DNA of 36,054 nucleotides, taken from Deltaproteobacteria bacterium (lineage in GTDB: Bacteria; Myxococcota_A; UBA9042; DTJE01). The stretch covers positions 1-36,054 of the forward strand of contig JAADHL010000360.1 in assembly GCA_013151875.1 (NCBI GenBank), given 5' to 3'. The position numbers were made by a program, and so were the translations under genes. Numbering within the stretch: the first letter of the stretch is position 1; every line of letters starts with the position of its first letter. The notes under the pieces were generated by a model. It did no database searches and was not told where the DNA came from. It worked only from the letters and a program-made list of their open reading frames with translations. Shown here piece after piece: positions 15,987 to 24,349 of the stretch.

Positions 15987-17528
15987 ATGAAGCTGGTAAC
16001 TGCCGGGACCATGCGGGAGCTGGACGGATACACCATCAACACAGTAGGCATACCAGGCGTGGTTCTGATGGAATCAGCCGGTCGGGCCTGCGCCGAACGG
16101 GCCGCTGAATTGATGACCGAACGCGACCTGGACACCGCGCTGGTGCTTTGCGGCCCCGGCAACAACGGCGGCGACGGGTTCGTGGTGGCCAGGCACCTCT
16201 CGGACTGGGGTTTTGATCCGGTGGTCGCCCTGTTCGGCAGACGCGCCTCCGTCAAGGGCGACGCCAGAGTATTTCTGAACACCCTGGATCACTTCCCAGT
16301 GCCGATCATAGAGGTTACGGGCGACCTCCCCGAGGACACCCTCATGGCGGCCGCGGCCGGCGGCATCGTGGTGGACGCCCTGTTCGGCACCGGACTGCAG
16401 AGACCTATCGAGGGCCGGTATGCACGGGCGATAGAATCGGTCAATTCACTGCGATGTCCGGTGCTCGCGGTAGACATCCCGTCCGGGGTCTGCTCGGATA
16501 CCGGACGCATCATGGGCACGGCCCTCAATGCCGACGTCACGGTGACCTTCGGGGCGGCCAAGATCGGCCACTTCTCGTACCCTGGAAGGTCCCGGTGCGG
16601 CGAGGTGGAGGTAGTGGATATCGGAATCCCGGGCGAGGCCATCGACGAGGCCCCCGGCGCCTGGCTGTTGGACCCTGGGTTCGCAGCCAGGGCCTTTCCA
16701 CCGCGCGACGCCGAATCATTCAAGAACAGTTTCGGACACCTGCTGGTGGTGGGTGGGCTGAAGGGAAAGTCCGGCGCGGCCCTGCTTTCGGCCATGGGAG
16801 CGGTTCGCAGCGGCTCCGGCCTGGTCACGATAGCAACGGATCGCGAGGCGCGTGGAAATATTGAAGGACGCTTCCCGGAGTTGATGGTCGAGGGTCCCTT
16901 CCTGGTCGATGGTGATCACATTGCCGTCGACGAGGATCATTTTTCGCGTCTGCTCGAATCAAAGACCGGCGTGGTCATCGGGCCGGGCCTGTCCACCCTG
17001 TCCGGCGCCGACTCAATCCTGAAAATCGCGATCGACGCAGGTCTTCCCATAGTGCTGGACGCGGACGCCCTCAACCTCATGGCAGCCGAACCGGACAGGG
17101 AATGGGGCCTGGGCCCCGACAGCGTCCTTACACCGCACCCCGGCGAGGCCGGCAGGCTCCTGGTGCGGCCCACGTCCGAGGTCCAGGCCGACAGGGTAAG
17201 GTCCGCCGCCGAACTGTCCGATCAGACCGGGGCCGTCGTGGTGCTGAAGGGCGCCGGCACGCTGATAGCGGCCCCTGACAACCAGATGTGGATCAACAAC
17301 ACCGGAGGCCCGGCCCTTGCAACGGCCGGGACCGGCGACGTGCTGGCCGGAGCAATCGGGGGCATCATCGCACGCGGCATTCCGACCTGGGCCGCGGCGG
17401 CGGCCGCCGTGTATATTCACGGTCTGGCGGGCGACCTGGCCGCGGGGTCCGGCAACGTCCATTCGATCAGCGCGTCCGACGTGCTTGACCGTCTTTCCGA
17501 GGCCATTGCATCGGTTTGCGTCCCATGA
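15987..17528 (+). CDS. nnr: Bifunctional NAD(P)H-hydrate repair enzyme (epimerase / ADP-dependent dehydratase)
   Basis: The YjeF_N motif CGPGNNGGDG is at the N-terminus. The C-terminal carbohydrate-kinase-like half carries GTGDVLAG. Start is ATG 15987 (MKLVTAGTMRELD). Confidence 0.85.
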   Translation: MKLVTAGTMRELDGYTINTVGIPGVVLMESAGRACAERAAELMTERDLDTALVLCGPGNNGGDGFVVARHLSDWGFDPVVALFGRRASVKGDARVFLNTLDHFPVPIIEVTGDLPEDTLMAAAAGGIVVDALFGTGLQRPIEGRYARAIESVNSLRCPVLAVDIPSGVCSDTGRIMGTALNADVTVTFGAAKIGHFSYPGRSRCGEVEVVDIGIPGEAIDEAPGAWLLDPGFAARAFPPRDAESFKNSFGHLLVVGGLKGKSGAALLSAMGAVRSGSGLVTIATDREARGNIEGRFPELMVEGPFLVDGDHIAVDEDHFSRLLESKTGVVIGPGLSTLSGADSILKIAIDAGLPIVLDADALNLMAAEPDREWGLGPDSVLTPHPGEAGRLLVRPTSEVQADRVRSAAELSDQTGAVVVLKGAGTLIAAPDNQMWINNTGGPALATAGTGDVLAGAIGGIIARGIPTWAAAAAAVYIHGLAGDLAAGSGNVHSISASDVLDRLSEAIASVCVP

Positions 17529-18409
17529 AGACCGTTCGCCTGCTCATCGTGACCATGCGCCCGGCGCAATGGGTCAAGAATCTGTTCGTCGCCGCGCCCG
17601 TGCTTTTCGCCAAGACGCATACGATCCAGGACCCCGGCATCATCGGTCGCGCCGCCCTGGCAACCCTGGTTTTCATCCTCCTGTCCGGCTCGGTCTATAT
17701 AATGAACGACATACTGGACGCCGACAGGGACAGGCTCCACCCCGTCAAGAAGAACCGCCCAATCGCCGTCGGGGCCCTCGACGTCAGGTCCGCTGTTGCC
17801 GGGGGGTTGGCGGTTCTTGCCTTGGCGCTGGGCTGCGGCTACCTGCTCGGCGGCGCCTTCAACTTGGTTGCAACGACCTATCTGGCCTTGAACATCGGCT
17901 ATAGCTGGTCCCTGAAAAATACGCCCTGGCTCGACGTTTTCATTATCGCCAGCGGCTTTTTGCTGAGGATAATCGCGGGTTCGTTCGCAATAGGCCTGGC
18001 CACCTCCGAAATCTCGTACTACCTGATTCTGTGCACGTTCCTGCTGGCCCTCTTCCTGGCCCTCGGCAAACGCCGACACGAGCTTTCAGTGCTGGGTCCC
18101 GGAAAGCCCCGCGCGGTCCTGGAGAGATATCGGACCACTCACCTGGATGCCGCTCTGTTCGTAGTGGCCGTTCTGACCGCTGTCGCGTACACCCTCTATA
18201 CGCTCTCGCCGAGGACACGTGACTATTTCGGGACCGACCGGCTTGTCTATACGGTCCCGTTCGTGGTCCTGGGCATCTACCGGTTCATGGCCCTTCTCAA
18301 ACGCGACGGTGACCCGCGAAGTCCGACCGACATGATGATCAGGGATATGCCTTTCGTGGTAAACATCCTGTTATGGGCGTCGCTCGTGGCCTGGGTTATA
18401 TATTTCTGA
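17525..18409 (+). CDS. UbiA-family prenyltransferase, decaprenyl-phosphate phosphoribosyltransferase-like
   Basis: RPAQWVKNLFVAAP at the N-terminus and the Asp-rich NDILDADRDRLHPVKKNRPIA motif. Polytopic membrane protein. ATG 17525 overlaps the nnr stop (ATGA). Confidence 0.7.
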   Translation: MKTVRLLIVTMRPAQWVKNLFVAAPVLFAKTHTIQDPGIIGRAALATLVFILLSGSVYIMNDILDADRDRLHPVKKNRPIAVGALDVRSAVAGGLAVLALALGCGYLLGGAFNLVATTYLALNIGYSWSLKNTPWLDVFIIASGFLLRIIAGSFAIGLATSEISYYLILCTFLLALFLALGKRRHELSVLGPGKPRAVLERYRTTHLDAALFVVAVLTAVAYTLYTLSPRTRDYFGTDRLVYTVPFVVLGIYRFMALLKRDGDPRSPTDMMIRDMPFVVNILLWASLVAWVIYF

Positions 18410-18425
18410 AGCGGGGCAGGACCAG

Positions 18426-18890
18426 ATGTCGAAAACATTGACGACGAGCCGCCATCCAGCGGCCTTTGGCGATTTGGTTGGGCGCGTTCTTGTTGTGTTG
18501 GTGATCGCAGCCGCAGGGTGCGGCCCGCGCATCCAGGTCAGACCATCCCGACTGGCGGCCCAGAGGACCGAGGACCTGGCCCGATCCCACGAAAAGGACC
18601 GAGAGTTCTTGGTCCGTTGGAACCCGGCCCAGTGCGACGTCCCCGGATTCGAAGTACGCCTGGACGGCGCATGGCACAGGGTGTTCGTCGAGGACCTTGA
18701 CGATCCGGAAAGCCCCGCCGCCACGGCCAAAACCCGATTGCAGAAAGACGGGGGGGAAAACACCGGACGGCTTCTGGTTCGTGGTGAGCTTACGTCCAGA
18801 ATCAGGGAGGCGCTCAACAAAAGTCGTTATATGGTCCTCGAGATCATCGAAATATGTCATCTGGACGGATGCCCGCCGCAGGAGGACTGA
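18426..18890 (+). CDS. Hypothetical lipoprotein
   Basis: Signal peptide plus lipobox (VLVIAAAGCG). I recognise no domain. It lies 16 nt after the UbiA-family gene, and its 3' end contains the SD of the next gene. Confidence 0.5.
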   Translation: MSKTLTTSRHPAAFGDLVGRVLVVLVIAAAGCGPRIQVRPSRLAAQRTEDLARSHEKDREFLVRWNPAQCDVPGFEVRLDGAWHRVFVEDLDDPESPAATAKTRLQKDGGENTGRLLVRGELTSRIREALNKSRYMVLEIIEICHLDGCPPQED

Positions 18891-18893
18891 GCG

Positions 18894-20564
18894 ATGGACA
18901 GAGTGGTCGAATGCGTGCCCAATTTCTCGGAAGGCCGGGACCGGCGCATCATTGACGCCATCACCTCATCAATGAAATCACGCGGCGCAACCGTGCTGGA
19001 CGTCGACATGGGCGCGGCGGCAAACAGAACCGTCGTAACCATGGCGGGTGAGCCTGAAGCGGTCGAAGCCGCTGCTTTCGAGGCCATCAGGACCGCCGCG
19101 GACCTGATCGACATGGCGTCCCACTCGGGCGAACACCCGCGCATGGGCGCGACCGACGTCTGCCCGTTCATTCCGGTTCGTGGAGTGGGCATGGATGACT
19201 GCGTCGCCATGGCGAGGCGGCTCGGCGAGCGCGTAGGAAGGGAACTCGGCATACCGGTCTATCTGTACGGGGCCGCGGCCGCCACTCCTTCCCGAAACAG
19301 CCTGGCAGCCATCAGACATGGGGAATACGAGGGCCTGGCGGCCAAACTCCTGGATCCCGCCTGGGCTCCTGACTTCGGCGAGTCCGGATTCAATCCGAAG
19401 AGCGGGGCCACCGTGATTGGGGCACGGGAGTTCCTGATCGCCTATAACATCAACCTGAATACCCGGGACCGTCAAAAGGCCATGAGGATAGCGGTGCGTC
19501 TGAGGACCCAGGGGGGCCTGGCCCGCTCTCCCGACGGCGCGCCTCTGAGGGACCCGACCGGAAAGACCTTTCGGATTCCAGGTCTGTTTCGGGACGTCCG
19601 GGCGGTCGGCTGGGTCATCGAGGAGTACGGAATCGCCCAGATTTCGATCAATGTCCTCAACCACCTGGCCACTCCGCTGCACGTCATCTATGAAGAGGCG
19701 AAGCGTCTGGCGGCGCAGGTGGGGGTCTCGATCACCGGCAGCGAGGTCGTGGGCCTGCTTCCTGAAGCCGCCCTGCTGAACGCGGGCCGTTTCTATCTGA
19801 ACCGTCAGGGGCTCTCGTCGGGCGTCCCAAGGAAGGAACTGGTTCACGTGGCCGTCAGGTCGTTGGACGTCAAGCCGTTCGACCCGGATGCGAAGGTCAT
19901 CGAATATCGCCTGGACGCCGACGCGCAATCATTGACGTCGGTGACCGTGGATGATTTCGTCGATTCGGTGAGCATGGATTCACCGGTGCCTGGAGGAGGA
20001 TCGGTGGCGGCGCTGTGCGGCGCGATGGGCGCGGCCCTGGCCGGCATGGCGGCCAACCTTACCGTCAGACGTCGCGAGTTGTCGGACACCCATGCCTCGA
20101 TGAAGGAGATCGCGGTCGAGGCGCAGGATTTGAAGGATGCGATGGTGCGTCTTGTGACCGAGGATTCCGAATCATTTGAAGATGTCATGTCCGCCTTCAG
20201 GCTCAGGGCCTCCAATGATGACGAAAAAAAGGCCAAGGAACTGGCTCTGGAATCCGCTAACACCAGGGCTGCACAGGCGCCGTTGAAGACGTTGGAACAC
20301 TGCCTGCGGTTGATTGACCTTGCCGGCGAGGTGACCAGACGGGGTTACGAAAACTGCCTGTCCGACGCGGGAGTGGCCACAGCCGCGGCCCTCGCGGGCG
20401 CTCAGGGCGCTGCCTTGAACGTCCTCATCAACGCCCGGAATCTGAAAGACGCAAATGAAGCGGATCGATTTCGTTCCCAGGCCCTGGAAGGCGCTTCACG
20501 GGCAAGGGAAAAGGCGCGTGAAGTCCTGGACGAGCTTACGGCGAGGCTGGCCGACGGTCCGTAA
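18894..20564 (+). CDS. Fused glutamate formimidoyltransferase / formimidoyl-THF cyclodeaminase (FTCD-like)
   Basis: N-terminal VECVPNFSEGRD is the formiminotransferase signature. C-terminal PVPGGGSVAALCGAMGAALAGMAANLT is the cyclodeaminase signature. AGGAGG lies 8 nt upstream of ATG 18894. Confidence 0.85.
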   Translation: MDRVVECVPNFSEGRDRRIIDAITSSMKSRGATVLDVDMGAAANRTVVTMAGEPEAVEAAAFEAIRTAADLIDMASHSGEHPRMGATDVCPFIPVRGVGMDDCVAMARRLGERVGRELGIPVYLYGAAAATPSRNSLAAIRHGEYEGLAAKLLDPAWAPDFGESGFNPKSGATVIGAREFLIAYNINLNTRDRQKAMRIAVRLRTQGGLARSPDGAPLRDPTGKTFRIPGLFRDVRAVGWVIEEYGIAQISINVLNHLATPLHVIYEEAKRLAAQVGVSITGSEVVGLLPEAALLNAGRFYLNRQGLSSGVPRKELVHVAVRSLDVKPFDPDAKVIEYRLDADAQSLTSVTVDDFVDSVSMDSPVPGGGSVAALCGAMGAALAGMAANLTVRRRELSDTHASMKEIAVEAQDLKDAMVRLVTEDSESFEDVMSAFRLRASNDDEKKAKELALESANTRAAQAPLKTLEHCLRLIDLAGEVTRRGYENCLSDAGVATAAALAGAQGAALNVLINARNLKDANEADRFRSQALEGASRAREKAREVLDELTARLADGP

Positions 20565-20940
20565 TCGCTGGGGCCTTTGCCCGCCGGCGACGTGTCGTCC
20601 GGATCGGGCGGCGCTTGGCCGTTGACAAGACCTCACGCACCAGCTTCGTGTAGCCTTTTGGTTTCACGGACTTCAGAAAATTCACGATATCCACCCTGGC
20701 GTACATCGGAATCACCCACTGTTTTCTGTTTTTTTCCTTTCGATAAATCTTGCCGTGAAAAATCTTGAATGTCTTGAGGGCGGCCCTCACCTCTCGACGC
20801 TCGGCCGGATCACCGACCACGAGGCGCAGTTCCACCCCACCATGGCGACCCGTATCGGGATCATCGGACCTTATCCGCAGGCAGCCGTTCCTTTCGTAGC
20901 ATTCTCTCAGGACGTCCTGTGGCCGGATACGAACCGCCAT
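20536..20940 (-). CDS. Hypothetical small basic protein (134 aa), last gene of the spike module
   Basis: ATG 20940 is 3 nt after the M64 stop. The Arg/Lys-rich tail is AKRRPIRTTRRRRAKAP. The DNA is locally AT-richer than its neighbours. The 3' end overlaps the convergent FTCD-like gene by 29 nt. No confident family assignment. Confidence 0.45.
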   Translation of the reverse strand: MAVRIRPQDVLRECYERNGCLRIRSDDPDTGRHGGVELRLVVGDPAERREVRAALKTFKIFHGKIYRKEKNRKQWVIPMYARVDIVNFLKSVKPKGYTKLVREVLSTAKRRPIRTTRRRRAKAPAITDRRPASP

Positions 20941-20943
20941 CCC

Positions 20944-22299
20944 TCAACCTCCAGGGCTGGTCAACAGGCGGATCATGTCCTCCACCGCCGCCTTGCAGAC
21001 CGGACAGAACCCCTTGTTTCCCTTTGAAAACATCTTGCAATCCATGGCGGGGCGGTAGAGCCCTTTCGCGGAATAACCCGCGCCCTCGAACGCACCGACC
21101 ACGTTTCCATAACGCGCCCGATCGGGAGGGGTCGGGATCGGGGTCGAGTCATCGACAAGCGCGCGCCATTTCAGGGGATGGTCTTTCAACAAGGCGGTAA
21201 GGTTCGGTTCCCAAGGCTCCACGCCCCTCGGATAGAAATCCGAATAGGCCACCGAGGAGGAATAGTATTCGTCGCCCAGACCCGCGAAACCGTGGCCGAA
21301 TTCGTGAGTCATGATGTACTCGTCGAATTCGTTGTCGGACGCGAAAACCGAATACAGACCAAAGATGCCGCCACCTCCATAACGGGAAGTATTGACCATT
21401 ACGATCAAGGTGTCGTAAGGCGCCAGGGCCGCCAGGTCACGCAAGTCCCTCGACCTGGTGGATGTAAGATATCTGGCCGAGCCGAAGGTATCGAAGGTCG
21501 TGGACAACCCGGTGTCCGTGAAGATACCGCGTCTGGGTTCATCGGGTCCTGAACCGGCCGAGGGGGCTCGGATGGCCCTGACCGCGAAGGATTGGCGCAT
21601 CTCTTTGAAAGGACTGGTCTGAAAGAGTACCCGGAGGAAGCGTCGGGCATCCTTGTTGAACTTCGCGGACTCGCCTTCGGTGTAGCCGTCGCCCAGGATC
21701 AGCACGTCCACCACGGATTCCGGGGGGCCGTTTACTTCCAGATTCAACACCTCGACGCCATCAAAACGACGGCCGCGATCCACTTCTCGCGAGCCTGGAT
21801 CGATTGTCACCGAATACACGTCCTCGAACCGCCCATCCTTTTTCCTGGACGCAATCACCACCCGCACCTGCCGCCTGGGCATCGGAAAACGCACCGCCTC
21901 CTCGATGGCCCTGACGCGGCCCGACGCGGCCTCCGCGGTCGTCTGCCATTCACCGAACAGGCTTGAATATCCGTATCGATAGATCAATCTTCCCAAGGGC
22001 ATGGCGTACACGCTCACCCGGTATTTGCCGTAATCGGGGAAGTCCGTCAGGCGCCCGTACCGCCCGCCCCAGAAGGGCTCCTCGCGTACCTGATCCAGCG
22101 AGTATCGCTCGGAATCGGCCGTACCGGAATGGATCAGATCGAGCCTCATTCCCCTGGGCACGAAGCTGTCGGTGAACGCTGACACGGCAACGGATCTACG
22201 CTCGCCGTCGTTCAGGGCATCGGCATCGGCGGTGACGGCGGCCGTAACGACCGAAAGCGCCAGCAGATGAATCACAGCGACCCGGGAACGACGATTCAT
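20944..22299 (-). CDS. Peptidase M64 family zinc metallopeptidase with Sec-type signal peptide
   Basis: THEFGHGFAGLGDEYY (HExxH plus GLGDEY) is preceded by VMVNTSRYGGGGIFG. The N-terminus is MNRRSRVAVIHLLALSVVTAAVTADA. The ATG overlaps the DUF2169 stop (ATGA at 22296-22299). Confidence 0.8.
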   Translation of the reverse strand: MNRRSRVAVIHLLALSVVTAAVTADADALNDGERRSVAVSAFTDSFVPRGMRLDLIHSGTADSERYSLDQVREEPFWGGRYGRLTDFPDYGKYRVSVYAMPLGRLIYRYGYSSLFGEWQTTAEAASGRVRAIEEAVRFPMPRRQVRVVIASRKKDGRFEDVYSVTIDPGSREVDRGRRFDGVEVLNLEVNGPPESVVDVLILGDGYTEGESAKFNKDARRFLRVLFQTSPFKEMRQSFAVRAIRAPSAGSGPDEPRRGIFTDTGLSTTFDTFGSARYLTSTRSRDLRDLAALAPYDTLIVMVNTSRYGGGGIFGLYSVFASDNEFDEYIMTHEFGHGFAGLGDEYYSSSVAYSDFYPRGVEPWEPNLTALLKDHPLKWRALVDDSTPIPTPPDRARYGNVVGAFEGAGYSAKGLYRPAMDCKMFSKGNKGFCPVCKAAVEDMIRLLTSPGG

Positions 22300-23492
22300 C
22301 CGATGCCCTCTTCCACGAGGACCTTCTCATAGGCTCTTACGTCGATGTCCTCGACCTCCATCGGCAAGGCGGAAAACTCGTCGCCTTCATTCAGTTGGGA
22401 CAGTACGCACTTCCCCCTGAACGTAAGGACCAGTTTCATGTCGTCCACCAGAAAAACCACGGTGTCCAGTACGGTCGGCAGGGTCAGGCGTCCGGCTCCC
22501 GTTTCGAGTCTGAGCAGGGGACGCACTCCGGGCAGGTTGAAAGTCAGCATGCCCCCGGGAGTCATGTTCCTGAAGGCCAGCGCTTCGTCCCCCGCCAGGA
22601 TGGGAAACGTCATGCCGGGCGCGGCGGACTGATGGAATCGTGGGTCCATCACAGGCGGCTCGAACCCCTCCAGCATGGCAATCGCTTCCGCGTCCTTTTC
22701 CGGGTCCAGGTCCGCGGCCTGCTCCCGTATCCGCTCCCTCGCCTCGTCAATCTGAAAGGGCATGACACCGGCAAAAGCCACTCGCGGATACCACGCGGCG
22801 GCGTAGACACCGAAGCCCACGGGCAGGGGCAGGTCCTCCGGCGCCCCGATCCGCCTGACCACGGATTCGGGGGTCAACAACGCACCAGGGTCCTCGATCT
22901 GCGGCAGTTCGAGTCCGTCCAGCCCAGCCCGTGAGTTCTGCACGCAGTAACCCATGCCGAGCGGATTGGAGGGACATGGAATCTCGATGACGTCTTCCCC
23001 TCCCGGCAGTTCGTACCTTGCCGTTCCCCCGTAGGCGCGCGTGAAATTCAAGGGCACGCTGGCAACCGGTTCCGGTTCGGAAAAGACAGGCGTTCTGAAA
23101 ATCGTTTCCTTCTTTGTCTGTCGGGACGGCTTGCGCCAGCTCGCATGCCGGGGTCCGAACACCCTCAGGACGCGGCGGGCCTTCCCAACCGTCACCTCCA
23201 CGTCGAACGACGGTACCGGCCGCCCCTTCGGCGCATAGGCCGTCCCGTGCACCACAACGTCGGTCATGGCCTTTGCCAAAACGGAGTCGGAATCGAACAT
23301 TATCGGCGATGCGGCGGGATCGTCGCCCTCGATCGGCAGAGCGGCAAACCTGACGGGCTCCTTGTCTTCGGCGGGGACGAGGATGCGGTCATCACCCAGG
23401 ACATATGTCGCCTTGGCGACCACCACACCTGCCTGATTTCCCTCTGGATCCGCCAAGGTGAAACGTTCGATTTCGTAGTTTCCGGCTTGCAT
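22296..23492 (-). CDS. DUF2169-domain protein (VgrG-associated adaptor family)
   Basis: Pattern typical of DUF2169 as recalled: N-terminal ...GVVVAKATYVL..., TDVVVHGTAYAPKGRPV, VLRVFGPR, NFTRAYGG, SNPLGMGY, PVGFGVYAAAWYPR and LDTVVFLVDDMKLVLTFRG. It sits directly downstream of a spike gene. Confidence 0.75.
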   Translation of the reverse strand: MQAGNYEIERFTLADPEGNQAGVVVAKATYVLGDDRILVPAEDKEPVRFAALPIEGDDPAASPIMFDSDSVLAKAMTDVVVHGTAYAPKGRPVPSFDVEVTVGKARRVLRVFGPRHASWRKPSRQTKKETIFRTPVFSEPEPVASVPLNFTRAYGGTARYELPGGEDVIEIPCPSNPLGMGYCVQNSRAGLDGLELPQIEDPGALLTPESVVRRIGAPEDLPLPVGFGVYAAAWYPRVAFAGVMPFQIDEARERIREQAADLDPEKDAEAIAMLEGFEPPVMDPRFHQSAAPGMTFPILAGDEALAFRNMTPGGMLTFNLPGVRPLLRLETGAGRLTLPTVLDTVVFLVDDMKLVLTFRGKCVLSQLNEGDEFSALPMEVEDIDVRAYEKVLVEEGIG

Positions 23493-23518
23493 CCATCGCC
23501 GCCGTAGATCCGTGGGAT

Positions 23519-24319
23519 CTAGTTGATCTTGACCGTCGCGCCCTTGATGGTCATTCCGCCGCTCGAATTGATGTCCATGGTGCTGCCGGCCTTTATCTCA
23601 GCGGAGCTTCCGGCCTGTATCTTGCTGGAAGAGCTGGATTTCGTCTCCAGCGTCTTGCATTCCAGCAGGATCTTTCCATTCGGCGCCGAAACCGTGACAT
23701 CCCCGTTCTTGCTTTCAAGCTTCACGTGGTTGTTCGTGCTGTCGATGGTGAGGAGGTTTTCCTGTTTCCCGTCGGAAATCTGGATCATCAACGCGCCGTC
23801 GGACTCGTCCATGACGATGAAATGCCCAGGCCTGGACTTGTGGCCGTCCGCGGCGGTGCCCGCCTCGCACCTGGTCTGTATGATGATCCGGCCCTCACCT
23901 TCAGTGTCCTGGAACTGGATGACGTGTCCCGAGCGACTGAAGAGGGTCCTGAAATCGTTGCTGCCGCCCTGACTCTGGTTGTCATGGATCGCCTTGTCCA
24001 CCGGGCTCCACAGCGAACCGATGACAAAGGGGCGTCTGATGTCACCGTGCTCGAACGCGACCAGGACCTCGTCATCTACCTCCGGAAGCCAGAAAGCCCC
24101 CCGGTCGGGCCCCGCCATGAAGGTGGCAATCCTGGCCCAGTTCGACGGAAAGTCCTCACGATCGGGGGCGTCGGTATAGGTGGAACTGGACTCCTGCACC
24201 CAGGGAAACTTGACCTTCACGCGATAGAGCCCTTCCGGGTCGTTGTTGTCAATCACGATCCCGATGACCACGCCGTATATCCGGTTCACCTGCCGTTCGG
24301 CGGAAATGGGGCTGTCCAT
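23519..24319 (-). CDS. gp5/gpV-type OB-fold spike protein (VgrG-like C-terminal module only, 266 aa)
   Basis: IYGVVIGIVIDNNDPEGLYRVKVKFPW...SNWARIATFMAGPDRGAFWLPEVDDEVLVAFEHGDIRRPFVIGSLWS matches the phage baseplate-V / VgrG OB-fold. The C-terminus is Ser/Gly-rich and beta-helix-like (KIQAGSSAEIKAGSTMDINSSGGMTIKGATVKIN). ATG 24319 has GGAGG 7 nt upstream. No gp27-like N-terminal domain. Confidence 0.8.
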   Translation of the reverse strand: MDSPISAERQVNRIYGVVIGIVIDNNDPEGLYRVKVKFPWVQESSSTYTDAPDREDFPSNWARIATFMAGPDRGAFWLPEVDDEVLVAFEHGDIRRPFVIGSLWSPVDKAIHDNQSQGGSNDFRTLFSRSGHVIQFQDTEGEGRIIIQTRCEAGTAADGHKSRPGHFIVMDESDGALMIQISDGKQENLLTIDSTNNHVKLESKNGDVTVSAPNGKILLECKTLETKSSSSSKIQAGSSAEIKAGSTMDINSSGGMTIKGATVKIN

Positions 24320-24349
24320 CCCTGGCCCTCCGTTTAGCACAGGAACTCG

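Noticed and set aside
17417-19928. Long antisense ORFs (17417-18079 minus, 18978-19928 minus) within the nnr/UbiA and FTCD-like genes
   Set aside because: They are shadow ORFs, with no motifs and an extreme Arg/Gly/Gln bias. The sense frames have strong family signatures.
20944-24319. Calling this region a type VI secretion system locus
   Set aside because: Only a spike and a DUF2169 adaptor are present. No TssA-M, Hcp, ClpV or PAAR-like genes occur anywhere in the window, so only an orphan module can be claimed.
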